In this document: positions 42,187 to 54,404 of the stretch, piece after piece | How positions within the stretch are numbered: the first letter of the stretch is position 1 | Layout: each line of letters opens with the position of its first letter | DNA from: Trichoplax adhaerens | Taxonomy: Eukaryota; Animalia; Placozoa | DNA length: 64,000 bases | Assembly (NCBI RefSeq): GCF_000150275.1 | Contig: NW_002060945.1 | Span: 4,637,397 to 4,701,396, forward strand | Direction of reading: 5' to 3' | Translations under genes and position numbers: made by a program | Notes under the pieces: model-generated | Database searches by the model: none | The model's input: the letters and a program-made list of their open reading frames with translations, nothing else | What the model was told of the DNA's origin: nothing

Positions 42187-42507
42187 CCTGCGAAGTCGCG
42201 ATCTCATTATCGTCCCAGTCAATTGATCAACCTAATAATAATGATGTCCGGTGGACAGTACGCCTATGCAAAACTATAGTAACTACAAATGCACAGTATT
42301 GTAAGTACAGTTTTTCGACTGAATGTCGATCAGCATCTTATCGGCGAACAGAATTAACGTCAGTGTTCTGTTTTTCCAAGTTTTCCACTTACTTAGTACA
42401 TCTCTGCATGCAGTGATCATCAAGTTTGGCTCAACTACTTAGCCTGTTAAGTATGAAGATATATTGAGGTCAAACCCTGACGTTCAATCCGTAATGCAAG
42501 CTTCAGC

Positions 42508-43172
42508 ATGAAAGAGTAAGCGGTGACGTACTATCAATAAACTTACTCATAACAATCTGATACTTTAACAGTACGAAAGAAACTGCCGAGAGTATGTAAT
42601 ATATCATTTAGAATACAGCATTTAGTGTACCTTGTACTGAACTACATTGTGACTGTATCAAGAACTAGTAACCAACCCAGGCCAAACAGCAAATTCGTCG
42701 CTATAGCGAATTTAAATGATGGACAGACATCAATAGTGACTAATCGACAAATTCGAGGCCATAACTTTATGCCATATACGTACTTTAGATGTTATCCAAA
42801 AAATTCAAAGAAACATCTCTGATAGTTATGATTAAATATATGAGTACCAATACTCCATTTTAAGCATCAATCTTCCAACAAATATATCTGAAGATGAGCT
42901 TAATCCTCGTAACCAACAACGTAATTCGGAGCAATATATTCAAGTGCTATTTTTTATTTTACATACAACAGTTAGGTAGTTTCAGACTTGCTAAGAAACT
43001 AAATACACCGAAAGATTTACATTAATCCTCAGCTTTTAAAGATTGCAAAAATCTCCTCACAATATGATGTCATATAGAGCCGTACTATGTACCATTACCA
43101 GCGCTCCCGTTGGTCCTACTATCGACTTCTGTGATGCCCAATCAGACTATGTACAAATGGCAAACACGATAG
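42508..43172 (+). CDS. Putative small orphan protein (about 91 aa), divergent from CFAP161
   Basis: A phase-consistent GT-AG chain (42508-42515, 42663-42779, 42865-42920, 43078-43172) gives MKETSNQPRPNSKFVAIANL...PYYVPLPALPLVLLSTSVMPNQTMYKWQTR*. I recognise no homology and some acceptors are weak. Confidence 0.2.
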
Positions 43173-43516
43173 CAGTTATACCACGAACGTAAAACAAAGT
43201 ACCGTCCATGAATTAGAAGCTTTCGCTAAGCAAATATCCTAAGAATCGTTCCCATAAAACAATATCCATTATTTCAGTAATAAAATTAGTGGTGGTGAAT
43301 AATTCTTAATATTTCATATCTGGTGTAAAGAAATAACTTGATATTTTTAAAGGTATTTATACCCTCCAAGACCGAAAATATAACTGTAATTCAATATACT
43401 ATAAATTTAATATGAAATAAAAATATGCTGCTAGGCGTATGACTAAATATGAGTTCATAAATAAATTAAATAACTAATAAACCATACAGCTCCTTCAAAA
43501 TGTTTTATCATCTTTT

Positions 43517-44349
43517 TTACATTTCCCTAATTCTTTCCATTAGGGACTGGAACTGCATTTCCAGTTCGTGCTGATTACCATCATTTCGAATAATGATATT
43601 ATGAGCATAATCATCTAAATTGCATTCAGATTCTGCATCATCAACGTTTGCAGTGAATACCCAACCGCGCTGGATTCTGATAGTGTCATCACAAACAACA
43701 CGGACGGATAGGACTTTGTTGAAGTGCTTATTGAAATAGTCCATATCAGTTTTACGTCTAGCATCAGTTATAACCCATACTGAAGCCGAGGTGCTAGCAT
43801 CCGCAATCGCTAAGTTGCAAAAGTATGCCGGGTTCGCTAATCTCATATCTTCTCCCCATTTAATCATTGCAGCTCTGTACTTTTCCTTGTATTCGCTAGC
43901 ATCTAATAACTTGTCATAATCCAGCTGGTGATCCTACAATACCACATGCATTCAATAACGATACAAGAATATTAACTTTCAATAAATACAGCATTACCTT
44001 TTTCTACAGAATATCGCTAACATGCACATTGTGAAATTGTGATGAAAAAAATTAAAATAATTCACGTCACTGTGTACTACAGTACGAATACACTCCCCCA
44101 AATTTTGTATATGGTTATACTATTTACCTTAGCAAACTGCTTTTTCAATGGGCCTGACAATCGCAGCAAATCGCAATTTGCCTTACCTAATCTATCAGCA
44201 TAAAGTAAAGCTCAGGTTTGAAAACTATTAAGAGGATAACTTAGTTCAGCCATTTAATTTTGGTGTTACCTTTCCTGTAATAGCCCAGTTACATAATCTT
44301 TTCCTGATTTCCTTTTTCCGCTAAAAACTAAGATGACCTTATCCGACAT
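43517..44349 (-). CDS. PMVK: Phosphomevalonate kinase, animal type (exons 44270-44349, 44128-44191, 43517-43933)
   Basis: P-loop VFSGKRKSGKDYVT, LRLSGPLKKQFAK, YKEKYRAAMIKWGEDMR, WVITDARRKTD, RGWVFTANVDDAESECNLDD. Confidence 0.97.
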
Positions 44350-44399
44350 TTCTGTTGGGAAGTTGAAAAATTTTAGCTTCAGCAGCCAACCTTTTACGG

Positions 44400-44700
44400 A
44401 CTACAGTATCTCTATCGCCGATCAAGAAAGCAGAAAGCGACTGTCTCTACAGTACACCATACACACAACCACGGACCACTGAAACTGAACCGTGACACAG
44501 TAAATATGCTCAGTGTGAAGTTACTGTACTATACTTTACTACTGTAATCCGATTGCGTAATTACAGCACACTGTACTGCAGAGTAAATTATCTGCAGGTT
44601 GACTGCACCTGTTTGTTATGGGTCTGAATCATCCTGGGAAAGGCAAAGTGGCTTACAGTATAGTACTGTAAATACTATACAGTACTGTACACTGTATACT
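44400..44700. promoter_or_regulatory. TACAG/CTGTA elements in the PMVK-IQCH bidirectional promoter
   Basis: Motifs at 44402, 44447, 44522-44545, 44570 and 44655-44700. Confidence 0.6.
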
Positions 44701-44753
44701 TTGCACTTTGACGATTGCGAGCATGCGCGGTGCGCAGGTTTGAATTTTGTGTG

Positions 44754-44767
44754 GTTACCATAGAAAT
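44754..44767 (+). promoter_or_regulatory. RFX X-box upstream of IQCH
   Basis: GTTACCATAGAAAT (reverse complement ATTTCTATGGTAAC) fits RTHNYY-WT-RRNRAC and lies on the IQCH side of the promoter. Confidence 0.65.
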
Positions 44768-45355
44768 GACCAAAGAAAAGATTCCTTCTTGTGGCTTGCC
44801 GATCATTGAAATTAATGTAGTAGAAACTCAGTAGTCGCTACTTGAGTATAAGGCAGTGATGTACAGTATATGTAATAACGGTACCTTACTATACAGTATA
44901 TGACATTAAAAAGCACGGTCCACAGTCCTATTAAGTTTTTATATAACTTGTATAGCATCTCCAGCAATCATATGGTAAATAATAATAAACTGTGATTATT
45001 ATTACACAAACTTTTGTACGAGTTCCAAATTTCAAATTAGCAGTTAAAATCTCATTTATTCACCGACTATACAATTAATAACGCGTAAGTGATGACAAAA
45101 TTAATATTATTTGTAATTATAAAGTATAATCCATAAAAAGTATAATGTTATCATGATATTGTTGCTAATCAAAGGCAACGAATTTCAATTTAAAGAAAAA
45201 TCATCAACCAAATCTGTTACAGCTCTGTGGCTATAGTAGATTATCAATTTCATATATATTTCTTACATCATATAAAGTTACCTTTGTCTAAAATTTTACC
45301 ATTAACCAATATTTTTATACTGTATAATTGTGATTTTGTTTTGTACTTAGCAAAC

Positions 45356-48300
45356 ATGGCAACTACATCAGCCGAAAATGTTGGAGAAATCCTCGTAAGG
45401 GTAGGTACTTGTTGTTACAAGTATTTCTTTTGGATTTGTTAATTGGAAGATTACAATTACTCTGGAAATTACCTTGCTTAACGATGAGAATGTTTATAAT
45501 AAGGGTAATCTCCAAGTACATACTAACATCTTTTAGGTACAAGACGATCTGCATCGCTTGAAAGAACAATTAGCAAATGCTGGAGCATCAAAAGGAAAGC
45601 AAGCTATTGATTTAAAATCTTTAGAACAAGCAATAGAAAGAACTGAAGAAGGATTAAGGGTACATAATGATCTAACTAAGCTAAAACTATGACTACTTAT
45701 GATTAAAATCATAATATCTTACCCTCCAATATTAGCAAAATGCCGACAAGGTCATGCATTCTATACAAAATCGTGTTCAAATTTTACCAGCACTAAATTC
45801 TTCTGTAAAGAACGTTCCAGACTTTGAGTAAGTTGCTGTGATACCTTAGATCTATTTCTGAACTACCATTTCTTCTAATTTATAAATTTTGAGATACATC
45901 TATTTAATGTTAATAGCTGATTTAACCCTTAAATTATTTTTACTATTAGTGGAGCTGACTTGATGATCAGCAATCGAAAAATGAATCAAAACAGAATTCG
46001 GTATAAATACATATTTTCGCTCTTCCTTGTTATTCATACAGTGTGGCGTTAAATTTTATTTAATAACACTATCTATATCACTTACCTTCCAATATAGACC
46101 AAATGATAGCTATCAACAATATGCTGAATACTATTCAATGAGTCCGGGAGAGCAGGTCAAAAATAATATCAGATAATGGCGATTAAATTTAACTTCGTTT
46201 AATTTAATGAACAAAAATAAGAAAACTTTTTTATCTTAACTAATTTTTGGAACCCTTTCTTTGTTATCTACATGAAAGGTGAAAGAGCTGCATAAAAGAC
46301 GAACTATGGTCAAGCCAGATACAAATAATGCAAGACAACTATTAGAAAATGAATTTGACTTACCTAAACAAGCTAATACAATTCAGAAAGAATCGGTAAT
46401 TACTTTTAAAATAGTAGATTAGTGGCAAAAGATTGTATTGATTTTAACTATAAACAACTTATTCTCTAATTTATTGAAGCATAAACTTACTGGAAGAGTC
46501 TCAGTAGGCTCAAATGTTAAATCCTTGACGAAGCTACCAGCTAGAAATAGACGGGACCCTCAGGTAAATATCGTAAGCGTAGAAATCGAAATCAATTTAA
46601 CTAGGGAAACTAAGAATTAACATCAAATTTCTAACTTTGTGCTATTCTCAGTTAACACCCCCTCAAATTAAAGAAGAAGATGCAAGAAAGGGAATTTTGA
46701 GCTTATTAGAAAGAGGATTAATTCCTGTACGTACATAGTATTCCAATATCCTGACAATATTGCATGTTAATTATGCGGCTTTTTACCTAAATACTATTTC
46801 CAACAGGCAGCAGCACAATTAACACTACAACCTGACCCAGTTAAAAGCAAATCAGCTCCGGTATGAAGTTACAATCATTGTTAAATTATATATTCATATG
46901 TATGTTAATTATTATGTAACAGTATTATCCTAGTTTTATTTAATATCTTACTGATATTAAATACTTATAAATCTATAATTATAGCTGCATCATATCTCCG
47001 AACAATATTCCATGAGTTCAAAATATCTATCTGGTCATATCGGTAATTTAAATCTTAATTAAGGAAGAAAATTATTTAAAGGTATTCGCATCTTAACATA
47101 TTTTTTACTAATAAAAATATTTTCGATTATGATTAGATATCGGTTTTAATATGGCAGGAGTCAAGGTAGCCAATGTTATCTTAATTAAAATGTTAAACTA
47201 TCCATCTGCCAATATCAGCAATAGTTGATTTGACGAAGTCAATCATTATTTAGCTACAATTAAAATATATGCATCAACTATTTACTTAGCTTGATAGTAG
47301 TAAGCAAACACAGAATGAATTGACAGCTGTAGCAACCGCTCAAAGCATCGACAGAGAGAGCTTGCTAAAGCATGGCGAAAGGGATGAAGTAAGAGCTCTA
47401 CTTGTAATTTATGTACCAGACCTTATAGCATTAGTAATATATAGGAAAAATGAAATCAATATCACTAGCTAGCTATACTAAGGTATTCATTATAACTATT
47501 TAGGCTAGGACGTCTACATTACGATCGAAGCAATACGAACTGCCGACATCATTATCTAAGGTAAACAAAGCAATAGTCCAAAAGTTTCTTATCTATAAAT
47601 ATCAAATTCTCTCTATAGACTTGGTAAAATTTCTTCATTTTTCTCAGTCACTAAGCAAAAAACCTCCTACAGGACCCCCACCATCATCTCCTACAACTGC
47701 TAGAACTCTACGATTCGTAATTAGTGGTGGGAAAGTAAAAGAAGATTCCGAAGTAGGCAACTACTGTAGTAATAATAATAAGATTAAAAATCTTATGACA
47801 AAATGAAATATTTTAAAACAAATTTTCTTTTTACTTTTAGGAATTTAAGGCATTTAAAAAAACATACATATTAAATTGGGGAAAGTAAGCGCAATACTAT
47901 TTCAAACCTCTATTTAAGTAACTGATTAATAATTGTTTAGTGAATTTAAAATTAGATATACCACTTCTAACATTTAACACCGATATATCAACAGTATCGT
48001 AACAGTTTTGGGTGCCATGGAGCAATTCGCAAGAAACTATCGATTACCGGTTCTGTTTATCAATGGTGCAAAGTAAGCGTTATTAGTATTTATCTTTAGG
48101 TTTATGATAGATTAAAATTATCAAATTTCACATAATGGTCAGGCCACACCGTAGAATGATACGAAGTAGCAATAAAGCTAAAATCTTAAAAATTTCTACT
48201 TCGTTACAATCAAAGAAACGATAAATATTTGAGATAGATTACAATGTAAAATAAATATCGAAATGAGAATAATTTTGCTTAGCATAGTATTTACGGATTA

Positions 48301-51300
48301 AAATCAACAGTCTAGATCAATTAGCCACGGATACAGAGTTACAAGAAAGAATTACTAAAGATGTGAGTATGATAAATGTAACTTTTTTTAATCTGACACA
48401 CTCGAATTCTCACTGTTAATCTATTTTTCTTAATTAATACAGATGCTGTTAGACTGTGTAGAAAATATTGCAGACGTAATGAAATTAATCAGCATACCTG
48501 TAAGTGTATTATTAAATTATATTCTTGAGATAGTAACTAAAATAATCGAAGATTTGCTTATTATCAATTTAAATTGCGATCTCTTTTTGTAGTTGCGCTA
48601 CAATTACAGTAACAAATATATGGAAATATCAATATTTATGCTTTAGGGTAGACGATTTAAAGGTGCAGATGGAAGTAATATCGCTGCTATCAAAATTCAG
48701 GTAAAAATGATATCTTAGTTATAGTAAAATATTTATTATACTTTCATGCGCCCTTAAGTATGATCTTCATGATGAATATTTTGGCTCCAACCTCTGTAAT
48801 AATAGGCATATTGGCGCCGTCATAAAGACCGTAAAGTTTATCTTGCGCTACGAAGACAAAAATGGGCTGCAGGAATTATTGCCATGTCATGGCTAATGTC
48901 CCTTAAACTTTCCGTGATACGAAAACAATTGAAGCAACGTAGACTTGAAGAGTTGGAAAAGTTTCGAGATTTATCAAATGTAAAGATAATTCTATAAATA
49001 GGCCATTTATTAATCATAAATTCATTCCAAACGAGGTCAACTTTTACTACTCTGATTCTCAATTATTTGTTATGTCTATTCGCTTCATATACTATATAGG
49101 ATTTGAAGAATAATTGGAAGAAGATTAAAGGGTCGTCCCATGTTGTCATCCATATTCCAAGTTTAGGTACAAATCACTGCTGTACTATTGACGGTTACTA
49201 TATTAACTTGCAGGCTTTAATGTTATCATAAAATGTCAATATTACACAAGATTCGTATTTACTTCGTATAAAAAGTGGATATTTGGGATGTAATATATTT
49301 TTCTTACGTGAATGCACGTATTTCATGCAACAGGTTATTCCGAAAATATTCGTGAAAACTTACACGACATACCTTTGCTCCAAAATTTGCAAATGGCACG
49401 ATTATGTGAGATTACAGGTAACTATCCTATCTCGTAACTATCAATAATAAGTTTTCCACTACAAAGCATAACTCATTTAATACTTTAAAGTTTAGTTTAT
49501 ATCTAAATCAATGAAAGACTAGTACACAGCCTATGCATTAATAAGCGTCGGAAATTATTTTCAATGTTTGCACTAAATTTATTATCCGTTATTAAACTTG
49601 ATATGATTGTGAGAAAGTTAATAAGATTGACTCTTTTCTAATTCTATAGACCCAAATGTGGATATCATTTTGATCTCACCTATGACACTAAGTGACGAAA
49701 CGGTGGATTATTATAAGAAATTATTGGCTGTATCTATGCCTAATAGTGATAAAAAATCAATTAATGATCGAATTAAGATTATCATGCCGGATGCATTAAC
49801 GCAATTTAAGGTCAGTGACATGATCCATTGATAGAGTTCGTATGATACATACACAATTTAGCTACCCTGTAAAATTGTAGAATAAACAGCAAAAAAATAG
49901 GAAACAGCTAACAATTTATATTCTATCAAAACGCTTAGCATTCTTTATTGCATTTATACATTCATATCTACAGAGGCATAATATGTGCTTATCAACAAGA
50001 CTGAAATACAGTCCTAAAGCAATGAAAAGGTGACTTTTAATTATAATTAGCAGTCTAAGTGAAAATAATAAATTCGGACACTACATTTAGCAATAGATCA
50101 GAATTTTATTATTTTCTGCAGATAATGTTATTCATATTTATTATTTATAGATTAAAAAATTTAACATACGGACGAAGTGGATACATAGTCCCTGGATTAA
50201 TAAGTAAAGATGATTTGCATATTGCAGATCAACTAGGTATGTTCTCTACATTTAATTATAATATATTGGTGATTAGCTAATTAATTATTATCTCGAAATC
50301 TCTACATCGAATCGAGGGTAGATTTACCTATTCTTGGAACCGAACCAGATATAGCCCAACTATTTAGTACTAAATCAGGATCACGAAGGATCTTTTTAGA
50401 CACAAATGTAGCTATTCCTCCTTCAACATGCGATATTTTCACATTTCAAGAGGTATTAGTATGGTTCTATACCATTTAACCACGTTAAAATTAAATTCAC
50501 ATCTTATTATTACTAGCCTTATAGCAAGTTATATGTACGCGTATATCATTAAAGCAGTATACATAATAAGACTTTTTGAAAAATAACCTATATTCCTAGC
50601 TTATATCGTTGGTGAAAATTTATTACTTTCGTTTTATGAAGATATTATGACAGAATATGATTTAATATCGTCACTACTTACTTATACTTATAGTTCTATG
50701 ATGAATTGACTGACCTGATTATAAATCATGTTAATATACGAAGATGGTTATTTAAAATCGACAATGAATTTGACGGTAGAGGCACAGGTACAATGAATTC
50801 AATGGTTAACTGGTATAATCAGTGGAAATCTTATTCTCCATTTAAGAGTTATAGATTCTAAATGTTTTTTTTATAAAATCTTATATTCATGATTTTGTAG
50901 CATATTGTGAAATTGCTCAATATTTAAAGTGCTATAAGTGGTTGCGCAAAGAAGCTCATCGATATGGTGCTGAATGGCAACAGAAATGGGCCCAGGTAAC
51001 GTTCTGAAGTGTCTTCATAATCTCGCTCTACCAATAGGCGCAGCATTTCTATTTACTTTAACAAAATAAGAATTTGAAAATCTTGTATCAATTTTTTACT
51101 ATCATAGTGCTTCGCGGTAACGTAAAAATAATCTAAAAGTTAACGACAACCATAATAACTAAGAACAACGCGGAGATTTTTGATAGTATCGCACACATTG
51201 TAACTAAATGCGTGACAATAATTCAATACCTGTAATATAATAGGAGTTTAAAACTTCATAGATATTTCATCTGTATCTATTTTAAATAGTATACCATTCA

Positions 51301-54300
51301 ATATTAAAATTTAAATCCTTGAAAATATATAGACCAGTAACGTATTTAACGAGCATTTTGTGATCTGGTGTTGCTAATTTCGTAACAAGTTTTATGGTGG
51401 GCCGTTTAATTGAAATGATTGAACTCGACTGAATCCTAATATTGTAGCGTAATCATTTCATCGCTAGGAATCTGCAAGGACAAAAATTTTAGGTGAATTA
51501 CCTGATATTCTTGATAATTATTGCCATATTGTTAACAAGCGAGGCTATCAGACATGGGAGAGATTCTGCAATGTTTATTTGGAAAGAGGTAATAGTAATT
51601 ATTAAGTAAAATTAACTACGGTGGCACTGCCACTAGCTAAGTAGATATTGTATAGCAAGCATATTGCACTAACTTTATAACTTAGTGTTGAACTCTGGTA
51701 GCGTAAAAATACTATAAATATTAATAAACAGAAATTCAAGTACTTTTACTTGAAAATTTTCATGAGATGATACATTGAAATTACGGTATTTTGTCGGTAA
51801 ATATTTATCTACTGCTTTTGTTAATGGTTATAGGAGGAGTTATTCAAGCTTGTCCACCTAGTGATAGCGTAACTGGTGTAACAGTTGATGCTTTAGTTGA
51901 TCCAACTGGTCAAGTGAATATTATGTCATTAGGTGATCAGGTAATAATCTTAACAGAAGCATAATAACTTTTTGGCTCTTACTATATACGGTATTATGTA
52001 TAATATGCAAGGGAAAGTGCACTCAATAAATTATAAATTGTCAATAACAGAATAATGTATGAACGTATGACTTCAGAATTAAATTTGCAGTATCGATAGT
52101 CAGTACTATAGGTATTGGCAATTTCAGTCTATTAACGCATTATATAGTTAAAATTATTAACATAACACAATTAACTTGACTACTAATAGTTTATCACAGA
52201 TATTTAATACTTGTTCATAACTGATAGAATGATAAGTGTATTCATCTCGCCCAACCTTGTAATCGTTGCTTCAAGGCGAAAATTAAATCAAATGCCTTTC
52301 TCTATACGTCCTAATTATATAGCCTTAAATAAATTCATTTTAAAATTGTATACTAAAGGATTTTACATGTACTCATTTTTTTAAGATTCACGCCGAAAGT
52401 CAGTACAGAATGTGGGGTCTATCCGTTCCTCAATCATCAGTTGATCCCAATCTAATCTGCGAAACTATTCAAAAAATTGGCAAAAGTTGTTATTCTAGGG
52501 GGATAATTGGACATATTTGCATTGATTTCGTGACTTTCATTGACGGCATAACGGTAAATGCTAACTGTATTTCATAATTCAGATGTAAAATTATTCCTCC
52601 TGTTAATACTTGATAACTGAGGAAAAGCAAATACTTTTAGTCTATTCAGATGATACATACGCGTATGTTGTATTTGAAATGTATCTTTAGCGACATGCGT
52701 TATTGCTATGCGTGCACTACTTGCATCAGGTACTTAATCGATTTTTTTAATTCTTCGTATTTTCAGTAGAATCTATATATACAGTTGGTATTGTTACGAT
52801 AATAAGATAAATATTATACGGTACCCTTTCTAAATAGCAGTATATCAATGAAGGAGTGCTATATCTCATCTAACGAATTCTCATATCAATCAGCCTTTTG
52901 CTTATATACTTTATTACCGTTCCATAAATCTTTAGATGTTAGAATCGAAAGAGTAGAAATTTATTTTAACTAGAAACGATTGCACACAATACAGTGATAC
53001 TATACGTAGCGTAGCTATCTTCTCTATGTTTAAAAGAACTTCTAATTACCTTACAACTTATTTACCAGTTTAAGAATTTAATCTATCCATTTCTTTTAGT
53101 CGTATTTTTTGGTTAATATATATGAACAAAATCGTCTCTAGTACTACAAGAAGACGCTGACTTTGACTGTATTATGGATAACTAGCATACCTTATATATA
53201 CACGTATCAGTAACGTCTTAGCATAGAACTTATAGTATCACCTGCTTAGCAAGGACCTATATCGGAGATTTCTTAAAACCGGTTAAATTTGGATAATTTT
53301 TACGGTTTATAACTGTAGTTAACAATATTTATGTTGTTAATGTACCAGATGGAACAAGAATTATGGGCTACAGATTTAAAGATATGGTATAGCGATACTA
53401 TGGCCATGTCGCGGCTTATGCGTTTTATGACCAATGGAAGCCTTGATCCTCTCCAATCGACATTTAAAATATCAGTACCAAAGAAAGAAGAGAAAAAATG
53501 GCGAAAGAAGAGAAATGAACCTCCAGTAAGGAAAACACTTTCATATCATATAAAGCCAGGCTGTGATAGCATTTCCTATCAATTCTTCATTTGATGGAGT
53601 GAATGTGACTAGAATAATTACATGTTAATAGGCACCGCTAGAAGAAGAACGATTTGGGGTTGTAAGTACGAAGCTATTTCATTCCAATATGCAAATTGTC
53701 CACTATGGTGTTTTCTTTCAAATGTGCAAAGCTCAAGGTATTGGGTTTGATATCAAGGTAAGTAGTAAATTAATATTTACTATCGGTCAATTGTAAAATA
53801 TTTATAAATTTCATAATACTAATGCTTTCCATATTTACTAGGAGAAATCTGGAACTGTGTTTACTATTGCAGATGATGTCAAAAGAAAGCATATGGGAAT
53901 GTTGTAAGTACTGAAGTAAAATTTCGAAAAATTATCATGTAGCCATGTGCAGCTATCTAAATGAAACTGTACTAAATCCCTATCTTCAAAAGCGAACTAC
54001 TTTACTTTACTTTCTTTGCATGAGGACATTAAGTGCCAAGTTAAATTATGTTTTTCATACTTCTTGTCATTATCAATAGGTCCATTTCAGACAGTTTACA
54101 AGGTGCACTAACCAGTTTTGCAAAAGCATTAAGTACAATTCATCAAGAAATTTCATCTCCTGAAATGAATGGAGTGACTAATTTTAAGGTATGCCATTCA
54201 TTAAACAATGTAGTTTATTATAATCAATATATTGCTTGCTATTAGTGGAAGATTCAGCGAGTAAATGTAGAAATAATACGCAATTGACATAAGTGTCTAT

Positions 54301-54404
54301 TTATTCAAACCTGTTTTTAGGCAGCAATCGATGATATCGAATCGATATTAGGAATAACGATTGAAAATGAAAGCGAACATACCAATAGCGAAAAAGATAC
54401 TTAA
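45356..54404 (+). CDS. IQCH: IQ motif-containing protein H, many short exons
   Basis: [27 protein letters not shown]...[34 protein letters not shown] motif AAIKIQ^[74 protein letters not shown]. Stop TAA at 54402-54404. The order of motifs is collinear with human IQCH. Confidence 0.95.

Noticed and set aside
42414-42480. Possible C/D snoRNA (GTGATCA...CTGA) with TTGAGGTCAAAC resembling the complement of the LSU rRNA 5' end
   Set aside because: The C box is imperfect, there is no terminal stem, and I cannot verify the host rRNA sequence, so a chance match is likely. snoscan or small RNA-seq would decide.
45161-45179. GTTGCT-N6-AGGCAAC, X-box-like
   Set aside because: The spacer is too long for a canonical RFX site.
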